The translations under genes were made by a program, and so were the position numbers. From the NCBI GenBank assembly GCA_950097015.1, contig CATNEN010000037.1:310001-374000 (forward strand): a stretch of 64,000 nucleotides of DNA, read 5' to 3'. Origin of the DNA: Macrostomum hystrix. Its lineage: Eukaryota; Animalia; Platyhelminthes. Positions 61,312-64,000 of the stretch are shown in pieces. Each line of letters starts with the position of its first letter. The first letter of the stretch is position 1. Below the pieces are notes generated by a model that saw nothing but the letters and a program-made list of their open reading frames with translations, had not been told where the DNA came from and ran no database searches.

Positions 61312-61577
61312 ACGGATGGGTGAGAGTTGGTGAATGGATGGGTTAGAGTTGGTGAATGGATGGGTAAGAGGGGGTGAATGGATTGTTGAGAGTTGGTGAA
61401 TGGATGGGTTAGAGGGGGTGAATGGATGGGTAAGAGGGGGTGAATGGATGGGTGAGAGTTGGTGAATGGATGGGTAAGAGGGGGTGAATGGATGGGTGAG
61501 AGTTGGTGAATGGATGGGTAAGAGGGGGTGAATGGATGGTTGAGAGTTGGTGAATGGATGGGTGAGAGTTGGTGAAT
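61312..61577. repeat. 22-bp minisatellite, about 12 copies
   Basis: Unit (T/A)GAGAG(TT/GG)GGTGAATGGATGGG and variants. Confidence 0.9.
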
Positions 61578-61665
61578 TGCATACGAATCAGGTAGTTGTC
61601 TGGTGTGTAGCAATCTAGCAATCTTGCCGATTCTAACGACAATCGCACAAACTTCCGTCACCAAG

Positions 61666-62309
61666 ACATTCCAGCAGAAGTTTCCGTTCAATACCAACAA
61701 AGACGTCGTGGCGATCTCGTGCAGCTGGTGCAAGGCAGTCTTTCACAACAAGATCGGCTGCTTCACCCAGCAGCTGCTATCTGAGACCTGCAGCCTTGGG
61801 CCGCTGGCTTCCATCACAGTGCCCCCAGCCTGGATACTGAAGCTGCCCAGCGAATCCGCAGCCGCTGACGAGTCCAGCTTCCAGCTGCGACCGGCGACTT
61901 CGACGGCTTTAACTCAGGGCGGTCAGCCGTCGACGCCGATCCTGGTGCTTATTAACCCGAAATCCGGCGGCAACCAGGGACCCCGGCTGATGCGCAAGTT
62001 TCAGTGGCTTCTGAATCCGCGCCAAGTCTTCGATCTAACGAGCTGCGGCGGGCCGCGACGAGCTCTGGAACTGTACAGAGCCGCGCCGAATCTGCGGATT
62101 CTCGTGTGCGGCGGCGACGGCACTGTTGGCTGGGTGCTCTCTGCCATAGACAGTCTGGGAATCGAGCCCAGACCGCCGGTGGCAATTCTGCCGTTGGGCA
62201 CAGGCAATGACCTGGCCAGGACGCTCTGCTGGGGCGGCGGCTACGCAGAGGAGCCACTGACCAAAGTGCTCTGCTGCGTTGAGGAGGGCCAGGTGGCTCA
62301 GCTGGATCG
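61666..62309 (+). CDS. dgkz (rdgA): DGK type IV, exon 7 (C1B and catalytic domain)
   Basis: TFQQKF...[49 protein letters not shown]; donor CG|GTTTGT, phase 2. Confidence 0.95.
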
Positions 62310-62786
62310 GTTTGTGATCAGGGATTCTGCTTCTGGGATAAGGAGTCAACAAGCTGGATTTTGAAATTCTAGATTTAGTTATCGTAATTATAGGATTTGC
62401 TATATTTAAACTTAGGTTTCTTAAATTGGAATTTCTTGAATTGCGTTTTTAGAAATCGAGGTTTCAGGATTCTGGAAGGTATTATGGGATTATGGGATTT
62501 AACCGGATTTAAACTCTGGAATTAAATTCCAGAAGAATGAAACCTGGTCAGAGTATCTGGTCGCAAAAACCACCAATATCGGCGTAATTCTTCTGCTCAC
62601 AAAATTGTCCTTCAGTTTGAGAGCTATGGGGAAGTAGGCAGTGGTTTCTTGAAATACCGCCGTGGTCTTTCTCCAGGGGGAAAAATAGCGCGATCTTTCT
62701 ACTGCTCAGGATAGTAGTGAATTTTTATCAAAAGAGATTTTAATAAACTTCTTCCAAGCGCTTCACTTCGCTCCATTCTTTGACAG

Positions 62787-62950
62787 CTGGAACATCAGCT
62801 TCGCAGCTAATCCCAGCTGCTCGATCCCAACTTCCCCAAACGACGCCGAGGTCGCGTTAACATCCGATCGGCCACAGTTGAACGTGTTCAACAACTACTT
62901 TAGCCTGGGCGCCGATGCGGCTGTCGCACTCGAGTTTCACGAGTCAAGAG
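62787..62950 (+). CDS. dgkz (rdgA): DGK type IV, exon 8 (accessory domain start)
   Basis: TTTGACAG|..W...LNVFNNYFSLGADAAVALEFHESR G|GTGAGA, phase 2/1. Confidence 0.92.
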
Positions 62951-63114
62951 GTGAGATTTAATCATTAACAGTCGGAATTGTCAGGTACGAGCGTATAACT
63001 GGTTTAGGCTGATGGGTTGCCTACTAACTGTCTCGACTCGAAAACCGATTTTTCGTTTTCAAAAAATGTTCGGCAATCTTGATTAGGTATATTTTTTGCT
63101 TTAATTAATTTCAG

Positions 63115-63170
63115 AGGCTAACCCGGAGAGGTTCAACAGCCGTCTGCGCAACATGATGTTTTACGCTGGG
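63115..63170 (+). CDS. dgkz (rdgA): DGK type IV, exon 9
   Basis: TTTCAG|(E)ANPERFNSRLRNMMFYAG|GTGGGT, phase 1/0. Confidence 0.92.
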
Positions 63171-63307
63171 GTGGGTGCTGGTTCCCTGACTTTGTCAGTC
63201 CAATTACTTAATCGTCTATTACAGATTGCTTCGTGTCAAGTCTTAGATAAAAAAATTTCCCCCATAATTAAAGTTGAACATTTTTCCTCACGCCATTTTT
63301 GTTGCAG

Positions 63308-63370
63308 GAAGGCTCGAGATCCGTCATCACAAGACAGTGGAGAGATTTGAGCCAGTTGATTAGCCTGGAG
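63308..63370 (+). CDS. dgkz (rdgA): DGK type IV, exon 10 (gene continues past the window)
   Basis: TTGTTGCAG|EGSRSVITRQWRDLSQLISLE|GTAAAC, phase 0/0. Confidence 0.8.
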
Positions 63371-63679
63371 GTAAACTGACAGTGTGGATGCTGCTCCTCT
63401 CTTTTGTCTATGGCCTGACCCTAATCGCCAAGCGGTGAACGCCAAGCACAAACTGTTGAACCCAACCCCCCGGAGCAAAGCGAGTTCAAGCTTGTAAAAA
63501 GCGTATTAAATTTCAATAGGGATTGTCGCCATTTTGATGTCTCCTCTTTGGTTAATTTGCACTCTTTTATCTGTTCCAATCTTCGCTATTTGTGTCTAAA
63601 CTTGCTCTCTAACTCGGCCCTTGATCTCTCTCTTTATGCCGCCTTATGATTGGTCCGTCTCTCCCCCTTCTAGCCTCTG

Positions 63680-64000
63680 TCTCTTACCCCCAGACGCGCT
63701 CTCTTGTTATTGCACCGCCAACCCCCTCCAGTCAGTCCGACTTTAGTAGAAATATCTCTTACCCCCCCATACGCGCACTATCTCACTCTCTTGTTATTGC
63801 ACCGCCAACCCCCTCCAGTCAGTCCGACTTTAGTAGAAATATCTCTTACCCCCCCATACGCGCACTATCTCACTCTCTTGTTATTGCACCGCCAACCCCC
63901 TCCAGTCAGTCCGACTTTAGTAGAAATATCTCTTACCCCCCCCCATACGCGCACTATCTCACTCTCTTGTTATTGCACCGCCAACCCCCCTCTAGTCAGT
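63680..64000. repeat. About 87-89-bp tandem repeat, 3.5 copies visible, runs off the end
   Basis: CTCTTGTTATTGCACCGCCAACCCCC recurs at 63701, 63788, 63875 and near 63963; length varies with C runs. Confidence 0.92.

Overview
Eukaryotic (animal) genomic DNA: spliced genes with GT-AG introns, Gln-rich coding runs and about one third of the window in minisatellite arrays. The style suggests a free-living flatworm such as Macrostomum, but that is inference only. Four host genes are supported: (1) a Shaker/Kv1 potassium channel (minus, 10643-12275, single coding exon with one apparent frameshift) plus two candidate upstream alternative N-terminal exons; (2) a two-exon EGR/Krox zinc-finger gene (minus, 34458-36663) with a CArG/CRE-rich upstream region; (3) a type IV diacylglycerol kinase (DGK-zeta/rdgA-like; plus, at least 10 exons from 47374, running off the window end); (4) an intronless FABP nested antisense in a DGK intron. 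Mobile DNA: a 4.2 kb tyrosine-recombinase (DIRS/Ngaro-like) retrotransposon sitting inside a 16-bp minisatellite and lacking obvious terminal repeats, six copies of a tRNA-derived SINE (one full length with a 12-bp TSD), the 3' end of a LINE whose 3' UTR shares a stem-loop with that SINE, and two unclassified dispersed repeat families. No rRNA, true tRNA or CRISPR array is supported. All homology calls come from motif recognition, not database searches.
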